A program made the position numbers and the translations under genes. DNA of 64,000 nucleotides from a virus. Every line of letters starts with the position of its first letter. The stretch's first letter is position 1. The notes under the pieces were generated by a model that saw only the letters and a list, made by a program, of their open reading frames with translations, had not been told where the DNA came from and made no database searches. This document shows positions 54,985-63,639 of the stretch, piece after piece. The DNA lies in IMG/VR virus record IMGVR_UViG_3300020153_000001, positions 1 to 64,000 of that record; one strand, written 5' to 3'.

Positions 54985-56703
54985 CTATTCGCGATTATCG
55001 TTTTTAATAGTCGAGTGGGCTCGTTCCAAATCGTCGACGTTCGGCGCAAGCGGTCTGGCAAGGTCGCGCATTAACGGGCTTAGGAAGTTATCCGACCCTA
55101 TTACGCGGCCGAGCGAAGAGCGTCCAAGCTTCCTATACACAGAGATACTGACATCACCTAAAGCGCTTCGACTGGGGCCTGCGCGTTCTACATAAGGTAT
55201 GACGTCCTTTATCACCCAGTCAAAAAGGCCTGTTGTTTGTTTTGCCCCGCCCGGAAGCAAACCAGCGCGCTTGGCTAATATAACAAGCGGATGATCGTCC
55301 TTACCATACACGTATGCCGTTGCTGCTATCGAAAAGGCGTTAGCGATGATCTCCCCGACTAGATTCGTATAGTAATCGTTTTCTAGCGGACTACCCTCAA
55401 ACGAATAGGTCAGGCCGTGGGCGAGCTCGTGGAAAAACGTAGATAATTTTCTATCCATCATCAGCTTTCGTTCCCGCGGCAGGTAAAGACCTGCCGCGTC
55501 GGGCGTAGGCTCCTCCGGCGAAATCCCTGGCAGAGTTCCACCGAATCTTTCATATAAGTGTTTGACGACCTCTTCGGCTCGCGCCAGCTCTTTGTCCGAC
55601 AACGTTTTATCTTCAATCGCTACACCAATAAGTCCTAATGTCCCTGCTAGCTCTCCGTGAACTAGCTCAAGCCTTCCTACTTCTCTAACTCCATCCCTCA
55701 AATCTTCTAAATCTTTTATTGATACATCGAGAAACCATATTAGATTTTCTCTGGAAGGCTCTGTTATCGGTCTGCCGTATTGCGGTCTTATTCTCGTTTG
55801 TGGTAACGCAAGAATTTCCGTGACAAGTCCGCGACCTTCTCTAGGTGTCGAATAAAGCGGCCTGACGCGCTCACTTGCTCTGCCAGCGGTAAGCCCGCGC
55901 ATGATGGACTTGATCTGCTCATCATCTACTTTGCCAGCTAGGAAATCCTTTAACTGATCAATAGAGTAGCCTCCGCTTGCTACCACTGCTGCTAGGGTAG
56001 TTCGTCTTGGGCTTAGTAGTATCTGCGATATGGCTTTTTCCCTATCCTTGCCGCTAATACCAAACATGTCAACATACTTTTCGGCAAGCAAGCGTTTATC
56101 CGCCGGGCTCATTTGATTAACGATAGGGCCGAATATTCTGTAATATTCGTCTGCCAACTGGTCGGCGGCGATGTCAGCTACACCAGGATAAAGATGAAAG
56201 ATAAGCTTTAAGAACAAGGTATCTCTTAGCGCGTCGTTAAATGGTAATCTTCCTATTATTTCCCGCTCTTTTTCTGGCGTACGCGCGAACAGGTGGCTTA
56301 GGAAACGACCGGCCAAACTGGCACGTACGTTAGGGTCAACGCTCGCTAAGAATTTAGAAAAATCTGGATTTTCGGAAAGAAGATACCTTCTGACAGGCTC
56401 GTCTAGGGCTTGTACAGCCTCTCGTCTGAACTTATCGTTGAACGTAAGGATTGATTTACGTTTTAGTTCTTCGTAAGTAGGCGTTAGCGCTTGTATTCCA
56501 GTAACTCTTGTTGTAGCGGCCTCTAACGGCGTAAGGTACGACGGCAAATACGTGGGTAATATAGCATTAGCTGCAGAATATTCCTTGGGACGGCCAGTTA
56601 GGGCAGAATAAGTAGAAGCCGGACCGGTAGGTTCCGGCTTACCTGACAGTAGTTGCTTCAGCTGGTTATAGACATAGCCTATAGGACCACCGTTACCATT
56701 CAT
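54985..56703 (-). CDS. HExxH metallopeptidase-like protein, paralogue of 53235-54866
   Basis: FHELAH and GEIIANAF; AAGGAGG SD. Confidence 0.85.
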   Translation of the reverse strand: MNGNGGPIGYVYNQLKQLLSGKPEPTGPASTYSALTGRPKEYSAANAILPTYLPSYLTPLEAATTRVTGIQALTPTYEELKRKSILTFNDKFRREAVQALDEPVRRYLLSENPDFSKFLASVDPNVRASLAGRFLSHLFARTPEKEREIIGRLPFNDALRDTLFLKLIFHLYPGVADIAADQLADEYYRIFGPIVNQMSPADKRLLAEKYVDMFGISGKDREKAISQILLSPRRTTLAAVVASGGYSIDQLKDFLAGKVDDEQIKSIMRGLTAGRASERVRPLYSTPREGRGLVTEILALPQTRIRPQYGRPITEPSRENLIWFLDVSIKDLEDLRDGVREVGRLELVHGELAGTLGLIGVAIEDKTLSDKELARAEEVVKHLYERFGGTLPGISPEEPTPDAAGLYLPRERKLMMDRKLSTFFHELAHGLTYSFEGSPLENDYYTNLVGEIIANAFSIAATAYVYGKDDHPLVILAKRAGLLPGGAKQTTGLFDWVIKDVIPYVERAGPSRSALGDVSISVYRKLGRSSLGRVIGSDNFLSPLMRDLARPLAPNVDDLERAHSTIKNDNRE

Positions 56704-56739
56704 CGGGAAAACCTCCTTTTTGTTAAAGATAGGTAACTA

Positions 56740-57816
56740 CTATTTTGACTCCGGAGTCAAAGATTTTTGGGCCCTGCTACCTAAAGCCCGAATTATGGGG
56801 TCAAGCAGTCTTCCTAATCCGCCTCGCGGCCTATCGTTTCCGAATTTATCCATAAACTCCTTCACCTTCTTATAAGTGTTCGCTCTTTCCGGATACCAAC
56901 TTATCCAATGCTGCGCCAACCATCTATCCGGAATAGTGCCGCTATATCCCAGTACGGCTAGAGACGGCGGAACAAATTTCTTAGAAATCGGGAAATCCGG
57001 TACGGCTTCTTTTAAGGCCTTCCATTCTGGCCAATCTGGTTCCGGCAGCCAACCGGCGCTTACTGCCATCACGACAGGCCATGTCAGCTTATTGTTATAG
57101 TAGTCGAGAACTGCGGCGGCAAACGTGTTTGCGCCAATTTCATTTATAGTACGCCATATCGTTACCATCGAAGCCAGCCTTGGGTCTCTTACCATAACAT
57201 AAGGCTGATCTTCGTCACCCTGCAGACCAAAGTAGTCAAAAATACTTTTAGCCATGAGCGTATCCAACGAGTGTCCTAACTCGTGGGCGATAACGGCTGT
57301 TCCTTTAGGCGTTGCCATGACATCTGGATCGATGATCAGCTTACCTGTGAGTGCGTTAAATCCACCCAACAAGGAGGGCTGTCTACCGACTTCGGCTGAT
57401 GTGATATATGGCATGGCTCGAAGTGCGGCATAATCTAGAATCTGCTTAACCTTTGCCGTATCAACCAACCTTCCGCCGCTTGTAGCTGCATTGAGCGCTT
57501 GCCACAAACGCTCCTCGGATTCGGTTTGCGCCCTACCTATCGGGGAGGAAAAAAATGCCGGTGCAGAAGAACTAGCGTCTTCGGGCATAATACTATGTAG
57601 TTTGGCAACCATTTTTGTTACCGGACCGCGCAACTCCTGTTCTTCCTGATAACGAATGTCTTTTATAGTAGGACCATATTCCGACCATTGATACAGACTA
57701 TTTAATAGGTCAACATTATGTGCCCGTTGTTCGTGGTGATGTGTAACGGGGGGTTCTTTGCTTTGGGCGTTTTTTAGCAGGTTTTGTAGATCATTAACGG
57801 CTCGTTTGCAGATCAT
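56740..57816 (-). CDS. ImmA/IrrE (M78)-like metallopeptidase-domain protein
   Basis: IAHELGH and NEIGANTFAAAVL; ends in LTPESK*, encoded by the palindrome. Confidence 0.8.
   Translation of the reverse strand: MICKRAVNDLQNLLKNAQSKEPPVTHHHEQRAHNVDLLNSLYQWSEYGPTIKDIRYQEEQELRGPVTKMVAKLHSIMPEDASSSAPAFFSSPIGRAQTESEERLWQALNAATSGGRLVDTAKVKQILDYAALRAMPYITSAEVGRQPSLLGGFNALTGKLIIDPDVMATPKGTAVIAHELGHSLDTLMAKSIFDYFGLQGDEDQPYVMVRDPRLASMVTIWRTINEIGANTFAAAVLDYYNNKLTWPVVMAVSAGWLPEPDWPEWKALKEAVPDFPISKKFVPPSLAVLGYSGTIPDRWLAQHWISWYPERANTYKKVKEFMDKFGNDRPRGGLGRLLDPIIRALGSRAQKSLTPESK
56743..56762. repeat. Palindrome copy 12 (19/20 match)
   Basis: TTTTGACTCCGGAGTCAAAG. Confidence 0.93.
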
Positions 57817-57832
57817 CTTTCTAGGTCCTAAG

Positions 57833-60800
57833 TTATTTCTCGATTATCTTTATTGGCTGGTCTATAGCAATTTCTCCTCTAGCAAACGCGGCAAGCGCGT
57901 CTTTTTTCGTTTTAAATATTTTTACTGGTTTACGGCTATCGACGCGACTAGCATACCATAGGCCGATGAGATAGTCTTGTTGGGGGGTATAAACAGGCTC
58001 TGCAAATATGGCTGCTTTGAATAGATTCTTCGACGGTAGCAATTTATCGTAGGCTTCCTTGACGGCGTCGTCGGATGCGGGTACATGGAATTGCATCGTA
58101 TCGCCGTCGAAGTCAGCGCCAAAGGCCTGTGTAATAAGAGGGCTTATCTCTATGGTTTTACCCGGTATAAGAACGGGTCGAAACGCCATAATTCCGTACT
58201 TGTGAAGCACGGGCGCGCGGTTTACTACAACAGGCCGCTCTTGGATAACACGTTCCAAAGACTGCTTAGCATAGGGATGGCGCTCATTAACAAGCATATT
58301 CGCCACTAGAAACGGCGAAGCACGTAACGCTGGCGGAACGTTACGAAGCACGCTATCAGGAAGGCCGCGATGCATTAGGTCGCGAATAATAAACGGCTTA
58401 TACGCGACCCAAGCCGCCTCCTCGGGAATACCTATCTCGTCAATATCTAAAGAACTGTTCGGCGTAATGACTGCCCTACCAGCCAGCGTGGCACTAATAC
58501 CAAGCATTTTTCTCTGCATTATGCTGGCTTTCGGGCTGGAACCAACCACGGTAGCCAGCAAACCCTTAATACCCTGCTTCTTCAGGGCGTAGCTATGTGG
58601 ATCGTCTAGGCCTGTAAGCCCGTAAAAGATGGACATGAGCGATCTTCGCTCTTCCCGTAGATCGCTAATATCCGAGGCCAGTTCTTTATAAGCGCCGATG
58701 AAGTCGATGAGCTCTTTATAAAGATAGTTCGCATCATTAACGACAAGCGTGCCGTCTTTAATCATCGAGATAGGTCGAAAGATGGGCGGAATGACTGGAA
58801 CTTTGGTCCAAAATAGCTCGGACGGGTGGATACTAAAGCGTTTGAGGCCTTCAAGGTAGTTTAGCTTTTTGATAAGCGACGACCGTTTCGATGGCGTAGC
58901 AGTTTGGAGTTCTTCCCTGGTACGCGTTATTTCTCTATCGACGTCATAGTTTTTAAATAGTTCATAAAGCGCCATCGGACCGGATATAGGCCCTTTTGAT
59001 TGACGATACCGTTCAGGTATGGGAAGCTCGCCAGCAAATATGCTAATGAGGTCCTTCTCGCTTACGCCAATCAATCTACCAAGCAGTTCCACCATGATTG
59101 GGTTTGGAACCGGCTCTGGTAGCTTGATGGCGCTCCACCGCGTGCCAGCTAGACCTCCGGTAAGACCGTCGTCAAACAGCCCACCCTCTACCGTTCGGAA
59201 ACCGTCGCTATAGACACGAACTGTCTCGGAGTTCTGAACATATCGGTTACCCGCTAGTTGATCTATATCTTTATCTCGAAGCGCAAGAAGCCGTATACCA
59301 GAACGTTCTTGGATGGGGTTAATCCCTGCCCCTCTAAGCAAGGCGACAAATTTGTGCCATATATGCGGGATCTTGGGCTGCGGTAGGCTGTGGCCAGTCA
59401 TAAATTGTCGCCATGCCTCATCGTTCGCTTGTCCGCGGATAAGTGCGGCATCGGTTATTGTGTTGTACGCGCCGTGCGCCAACAGCGCGTTAAGCTCAAG
59501 GATCCCCAACCGTTTGGCTTTTCCCGATTCACCAACAGTGGGGATATCTTCTGCGCTTGCAGCAATAGCCTCGTCTACGGCCTGAAGCTTATCTTCTGCA
59601 ATATGGCACAGGCGCAGAATATATCCATAGCCTGTAAGCGCGCGTATTTTTCTACCCGTAACGGGATCTGTGAGCACTTCTGTATCGCTAACACCATGCT
59701 TCTTTAGCACGTCAGAAACGTATTGATGCAGCCTGTCGGCGTGTTCAAAATCCTTTACATAGATTGGCTTTCCTATCTTCTTAGCAACCTTCCCTAGAAG
59801 TGCTTCATATATTTGACCAATATTAGCCCGCGAAATAATAAACGGCGACGCGATGATATCGACAGGCTTGCCATCTTCGCCTATGGGCATCTGGCTATCG
59901 GGTTTAATGATAACGACGCCTTTATTTCCATATAGCCCCGCAATCTTATCTCCTTGTTGGGTCTCGAATATCGACTTTACGATAGCAACAATGCCCTCTT
60001 TTGTCTTACCAGCCGCTATTACTATCCCAGGCGCGTCATAGTCCCACGTAACGCTGTCATCAACAAACATCTTGTGGGAAGCTCTAGCGGTGGTGATAGG
60101 AAGCATCTTGGCACTAAGAATAATCGGCTCGCCCTTACGGAGAACCGTTCCTGGCCGCGCCACGCCCTCGTTAGTATACTTCTCTAAGTCCTCAGCGGTC
60201 ATTTTGCCAGGAAATAGCGACACGTAAGCCTGTTTTCCGCTAGGCTCTGCTGTTTGGTGCTGATAGACAAAAAGATTCTCGGCAGACAGTTTGCGCGCAA
60301 ATGACTGTGAGATAACGAAAGCGTCTTCGTATGTATCGCCGGTAGCCATATAGGCAATCTTTGCGTTTGTTCCCACCGCAAGATTGCCGTTTATATCGGT
60401 AAAATTGCTATAAGCCAAAAGCTGGCCAGGCTTTACGACATCGCCAGGCTTTACAAGCGGCTCGTTATATAAAGCCGTCTGCCTGGCATAAGGCGTATTG
60501 TTGTGCAACCAGATCTTCTTTGTGCTTCGGCTGTCAGCGTCATAAAGCTCGATAAAATCGGGAGTTACTTTGCGTACGACCCCCTTATATGGGCTATAAA
60601 CGGCACCAGCGTATTTTCCAAATATTGATACAAACGGTCTTCCACGGCTATCAACCGATTGCACTAAAGGCGCTTCTCTGTTTATGATGGGCAATGCTTG
60701 CGTAATAAATCGGCTTCCCATCGCCACGCGCTGCGGGAAGCAGGCGCTTTTCATGGGGATAAGTGACGCAAGCGGACCAAAGATATGCGTTGCATCCTTG

Positions 60801-62191
60801 ATGTAATGCGTTATTTTTTCCCTTGGTACGAAGAGCTCGTAGCCTTTTGATATTGCACGAACGTAACGACGACCGCTTTCTAGCTCGCCAGGGAACGCTA
60901 TCGTAACGTCCTCTACTTGATCCGATCTTAGCCAAGTCTCCTTATTTGTCTTTGCGTCGATGACTGGAATATAAAGAAGGCCGTCCGATCCTCGTCTTGC
61001 CGAGATTGTCATCCTTGTTTCTACCCCTACTTTGAGGGATTCTGGGGTAGTAACAGGGTCGATAAATCCTAGCTGCGTAGCATGGACGTCCCTGGCAGAA
61101 GATGGGATGGCCTCTACGGCGCCTATACCACCCTCCCCCATTCGTGTAAGACGGAAGGCGTGGTCAAGGATTTCGACGGGGTTGATCTCGGCTGGCGCCA
61201 TCACAAGCCCAGAAGCGCGAATTACATGATCAACGATAGGCTGGGCTGGTCTTGGCGGTATGATCTCTTTTTTGGGATTACGCATGGCCTTCCAGAGGAT
61301 ATTTCTTAAAATGAGGCGCATCTTTGCAGGGACGTTTTCGGCAAAGATATCCTCTGGACCAAGGAACTGCTGGTTGGCCAAAGAGTCTCTATCGTCTTCT
61401 CTGGCCTTGCCTTGGAGAAGCTGGATCATCTTGGCTGTAGCTGCTAGCGCCGCGCGTTTGTCGACATAGTTCTGCATTAGCCCTAAGTTGCGGCGCATCA
61501 CGTCCTGCGCTACAGGAACTTGCAAGAACTCGCGCGCAAGATCTACATCCGTAGAGCCAAACATTCTTTTGGCAAAACGCCGCGCATCTTCTACTTTCTC
61601 TGTTACATTGCGTGCCAGAAGATCAGCACCCCATGCTTGCCTTAGCTCTTCATCAGTTACTCCGATAGCTCTTAGAATAGGATAAAGCCGAAACTTCGCC
61701 TGTCCTGCTTGTATGTAGAATATGCCTGTCGTAGGGTCGAGTACGTAACGATGGGTTTTGCCGGCTGGGAGGTTGATGAAAGCCTCCGGCTCCCCTGTCT
61801 GACGGAACCGGACGTAGACGCCAGGTTTTAGCCGTTGTTGGTTCGTAATGGAATACTCAACGCCGCCTATAACAAAGACGCCTCGGTCGGTAAGATAGGG
61901 AACTTTGGCAAGAAGTGTGCGTTTCTCGATAACGCCTGATGGCGTTGTTATTCGTATCGTTCCATAAAGATCCCGCGCCAGTGTGCTGTTTGTGATAATG
62001 GCGCGCTTGTGATTAATAGGGCTTAAGATTTCTTCTTCTGGTTCCTTGTCTTTATATTCCACGTCTTTTAGCTCGATAGTCCAGTTACCCTGGCTATAAG
62101 AAGGCGTGGAAATAAAAGAATTACGGACAGCGTCGAAGATACGCTGCCGTATCGTCTTAACATCGGCAATATCGATAAGCTCGCCAGTCAT
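57833..62191 (-). CDS. rpoBC: RNA polymerase beta subunit fused to the N-terminal half of beta'
   Basis: Beta motifs: RDVHATQLG..TPES, GDKIAGLYGNKG, SRANIGQIYE, RLGILELNAL. Junction near 59305. Beta' motifs: PVIPPIFRP, GRAVI, NRAPVLH, GADFDGD (58100-58120). Confidence 0.95.
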   Translation of the reverse strand: MTGELIDIADVKTIRQRIFDAVRNSFISTPSYSQGNWTIELKDVEYKDKEPEEEILSPINHKRAIITNSTLARDLYGTIRITTPSGVIEKRTLLAKVPYLTDRGVFVIGGVEYSITNQQRLKPGVYVRFRQTGEPEAFINLPAGKTHRYVLDPTTGIFYIQAGQAKFRLYPILRAIGVTDEELRQAWGADLLARNVTEKVEDARRFAKRMFGSTDVDLAREFLQVPVAQDVMRRNLGLMQNYVDKRAALAATAKMIQLLQGKAREDDRDSLANQQFLGPEDIFAENVPAKMRLILRNILWKAMRNPKKEIIPPRPAQPIVDHVIRASGLVMAPAEINPVEILDHAFRLTRMGEGGIGAVEAIPSSARDVHATQLGFIDPVTTPESLKVGVETRMTISARRGSDGLLYIPVIDAKTNKETWLRSDQVEDVTIAFPGELESGRRYVRAISKGYELFVPREKITHYIKDATHIFGPLASLIPMKSACFPQRVAMGSRFITQALPIINREAPLVQSVDSRGRPFVSIFGKYAGAVYSPYKGVVRKVTPDFIELYDADSRSTKKIWLHNNTPYARQTALYNEPLVKPGDVVKPGQLLAYSNFTDINGNLAVGTNAKIAYMATGDTYEDAFVISQSFARKLSAENLFVYQHQTAEPSGKQAYVSLFPGKMTAEDLEKYTNEGVARPGTVLRKGEPIILSAKMLPITTARASHKMFVDDSVTWDYDAPGIVIAAGKTKEGIVAIVKSIFETQQGDKIAGLYGNKGVVIIKPDSQMPIGEDGKPVDIIASPFIISRANIGQIYEALLGKVAKKIGKPIYVKDFEHADRLHQYVSDVLKKHGVSDTEVLTDPVTGRKIRALTGYGYILRLCHIAEDKLQAVDEAIAASAEDIPTVGESGKAKRLGILELNALLAHGAYNTITDAALIRGQANDEAWRQFMTGHSLPQPKIPHIWHKFVALLRGAGINPIQERSGIRLLALRDKDIDQLAGNRYVQNSETVRVYSDGFRTVEGGLFDDGLTGGLAGTRWSAIKLPEPVPNPIMVELLGRLIGVSEKDLISIFAGELPIPERYRQSKGPISGPMALYELFKNYDVDREITRTREELQTATPSKRSSLIKKLNYLEGLKRFSIHPSELFWTKVPVIPPIFRPISMIKDGTLVVNDANYLYKELIDFIGAYKELASDISDLREERRSLMSIFYGLTGLDDPHSYALKKQGIKGLLATVVGSSPKASIMQRKMLGISATLAGRAVITPNSSLDIDEIGIPEEAAWVAYKPFIIRDLMHRGLPDSVLRNVPPALRASPFLVANMLVNERHPYAKQSLERVIQERPVVVNRAPVLHKYGIMAFRPVLIPGKTIEISPLITQAFGADFDGDTMQFHVPASDDAVKEAYDKLLPSKNLFKAAIFAEPVYTPQQDYLIGLWYASRVDSRKPVKIFKTKKDALAAFARGEIAIDQPIKIIEK

Positions 62192-62194
62192 TGT

Positions 62195-63172
62195 TTAAGA
62201 GAGGAAGTGAATCGTACGCTTTTCGTTGGTGCGTTTTGGACCTTCTTTAGCAAGCCCGTAAGGTATGGCGGGACGACCTGCGCTTTGCTCGACGGTCTTA
62301 TGCTGGAAGATCTGCTGGAATTCGTCAGGATCGATCTCAACAGGGTAAGGGGAACCAGACAGAATACTAAGCGCTTTCCCTACAGCAGCTTGCTCTGGGT
62401 CAGGAGAATGCGGGCTGGCTTGCTCGAAGGCACGATATGTTAAAAGGGCCGCAACGACTCCTAAACCATATAGCCCATAGACAAACGCCGGCGGGACGGC
62501 CGATATAATCTGCCATAATACGCCTGAAGAAGCCGTCTTTGTAAGCGTTACTCCCACTTCTGGCTTTGCGGGACTATCGTCCGTGCTCACTGCGGAGTCA
62601 AACGGCTCTGGCATCTTAGCCTTAATTAGCCGTTTCAACGACGCAAGCATCCTCTTCTTGGCCGCCGCTACGTCTTCTGAGACCTCTGCTGTAAGCTTTG
62701 AATTTGTAATAAGATCGCCTATCTTTCCTCCTACCCACGACCCAAGCCACACTAAGAGTCCCGTCATCGTAAAGCCTGCAACATGCCTTAGCGATTGTAT
62801 GGGCATATAGCCAGAAACATACTCAATACCTTCCGCAGTAAGCGCAACGGGAAGGGGAAGGGTAACGGACTGTTGAGCCTGCTTAACTTCTTTAACCACA
62901 CCTATCCACTCTTCCTTAGGGATGCCGCCATAAAAACGCTGCTGACGAACCTTCTCTATCGCAGACCGCACGGAATCGCGTAGCTTGTGGAGGCTAAATA
63001 CACTTCCTATCGCCGATATCGCCATTGAGCCTAGCAAGGCATACCACATGATTTCCGCGGCAGTAACGCTTTCGGGGGATAGGGCAGACATTGTTTGGGC
63101 GTTCTTAACGAATCTCTTGTCAATATAGTCAAAGAAATCTTCAAGGTCGCGTCGGGTGATCGTAACACTCAC
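62195..63172 (-). CDS. Membrane-segment protein with three K-x-A-delimited hydrophobic units
   Basis: Probable GTG start at 63172 (frame open to 63262); VKNAQ, VKQAQ and TKTAS each precede a hydrophobic helix. Confidence 0.7.
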   Translation of the reverse strand: MSVTITRRDLEDFFDYIDKRFVKNAQTMSALSPESVTAAEIMWYALLGSMAISAIGSVFSLHKLRDSVRSAIEKVRQQRFYGGIPKEEWIGVVKEVKQAQQSVTLPLPVALTAEGIEYVSGYMPIQSLRHVAGFTMTGLLVWLGSWVGGKIGDLITNSKLTAEVSEDVAAAKKRMLASLKRLIKAKMPEPFDSAVSTDDSPAKPEVGVTLTKTASSGVLWQIISAVPPAFVYGLYGLGVVAALLTYRAFEQASPHSPDPEQAAVGKALSILSGSPYPVEIDPDEFQQIFQHKTVEQSAGRPAIPYGLAKEGPKRTNEKRTIHFLS

Positions 63173-63184
63173 GAAACCGCTCTT

Positions 63185-63204
63185 TTTTGACTCCGGAGTC
63201 AAAA
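63185..63204. repeat. Palindrome copy 13 (perfect)
   Basis: 2 nt after the TAA of 63207-63608. Confidence 0.95.
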
Positions 63205-63206
63205 TT

Positions 63207-63608
63207 TTACGTAAAATGGGATGCATCTTTCGTAAGCTCCGAATAAAGTTGTGCCCATTCAAGATAAATGTGATAGTTTTTCCGTTCGTCGTCCCAGTGC
63301 CGCTCTACAAAGATCTGTCGGAACCAACCATTTGCAATCCTGTCTTGTACCCACTGGTACGCTTTACGATCATCTTCATTAGACAAATCAAAAAGATCGT
63401 GCCGCCAATCAGCGACAAGCGTCGTATACTCGTAAATCTCGTTCAGGTCAAGCTTAGGAAGTACGTTTGAAGACCTTAGACGTAGCGGTAGACCGAACGG
63501 CATGAACTGCCAGTAAAGATAGCCGTTATGCCGTTCGTCTTGCTCACCGGCGTACTTATAGATTGCCGCAGGACGCTGACCTGTAAACGTCTGCTGTAGA
63601 TTGGACAT
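63207..63608 (-). CDS. Hypothetical protein
   Basis: 133 aa, aromatic-rich, YKYAG motif. Confidence 0.7.
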   Translation of the reverse strand: MSNLQQTFTGQRPAAIYKYAGEQDERHNGYLYWQFMPFGLPLRLRSSNVLPKLDLNEIYEYTTLVADWRHDLFDLSNEDDRKAYQWVQDRIANGWFRQIFVERHWDDERKNYHIYLEWAQLYSELTKDASHFT

Positions 63609-63639
63609 TGAAACATACTTTTTTATTTATTACCTGGCA

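Noticed and set aside
48559-62191. rpoB/rpoC as evidence that the window is a bacterial chromosome
   Set aside because: No ribosomal-protein neighbours. The genes are re-cut and embedded among capsid, protease and tail genes.
62586-62603. Degenerate palindrome-like strings (62586 TCACTGCGGAGTCAAAC, 26320 CTGACTCCGGTGTCC, 4436 CAGCTCCGGATCAAG)
   Set aside because: Several mismatches, mid-CDS position and loss of symmetry; not distinguishable from chance by eye.
1757-63204. Palindrome copies as a CRISPR array or REP/MITE elements
   Set aside because: Copies are kilobases apart with genes between them. No cas or transposase gene, no target-site duplications, and no shared flanks except in the duplicated cassette.
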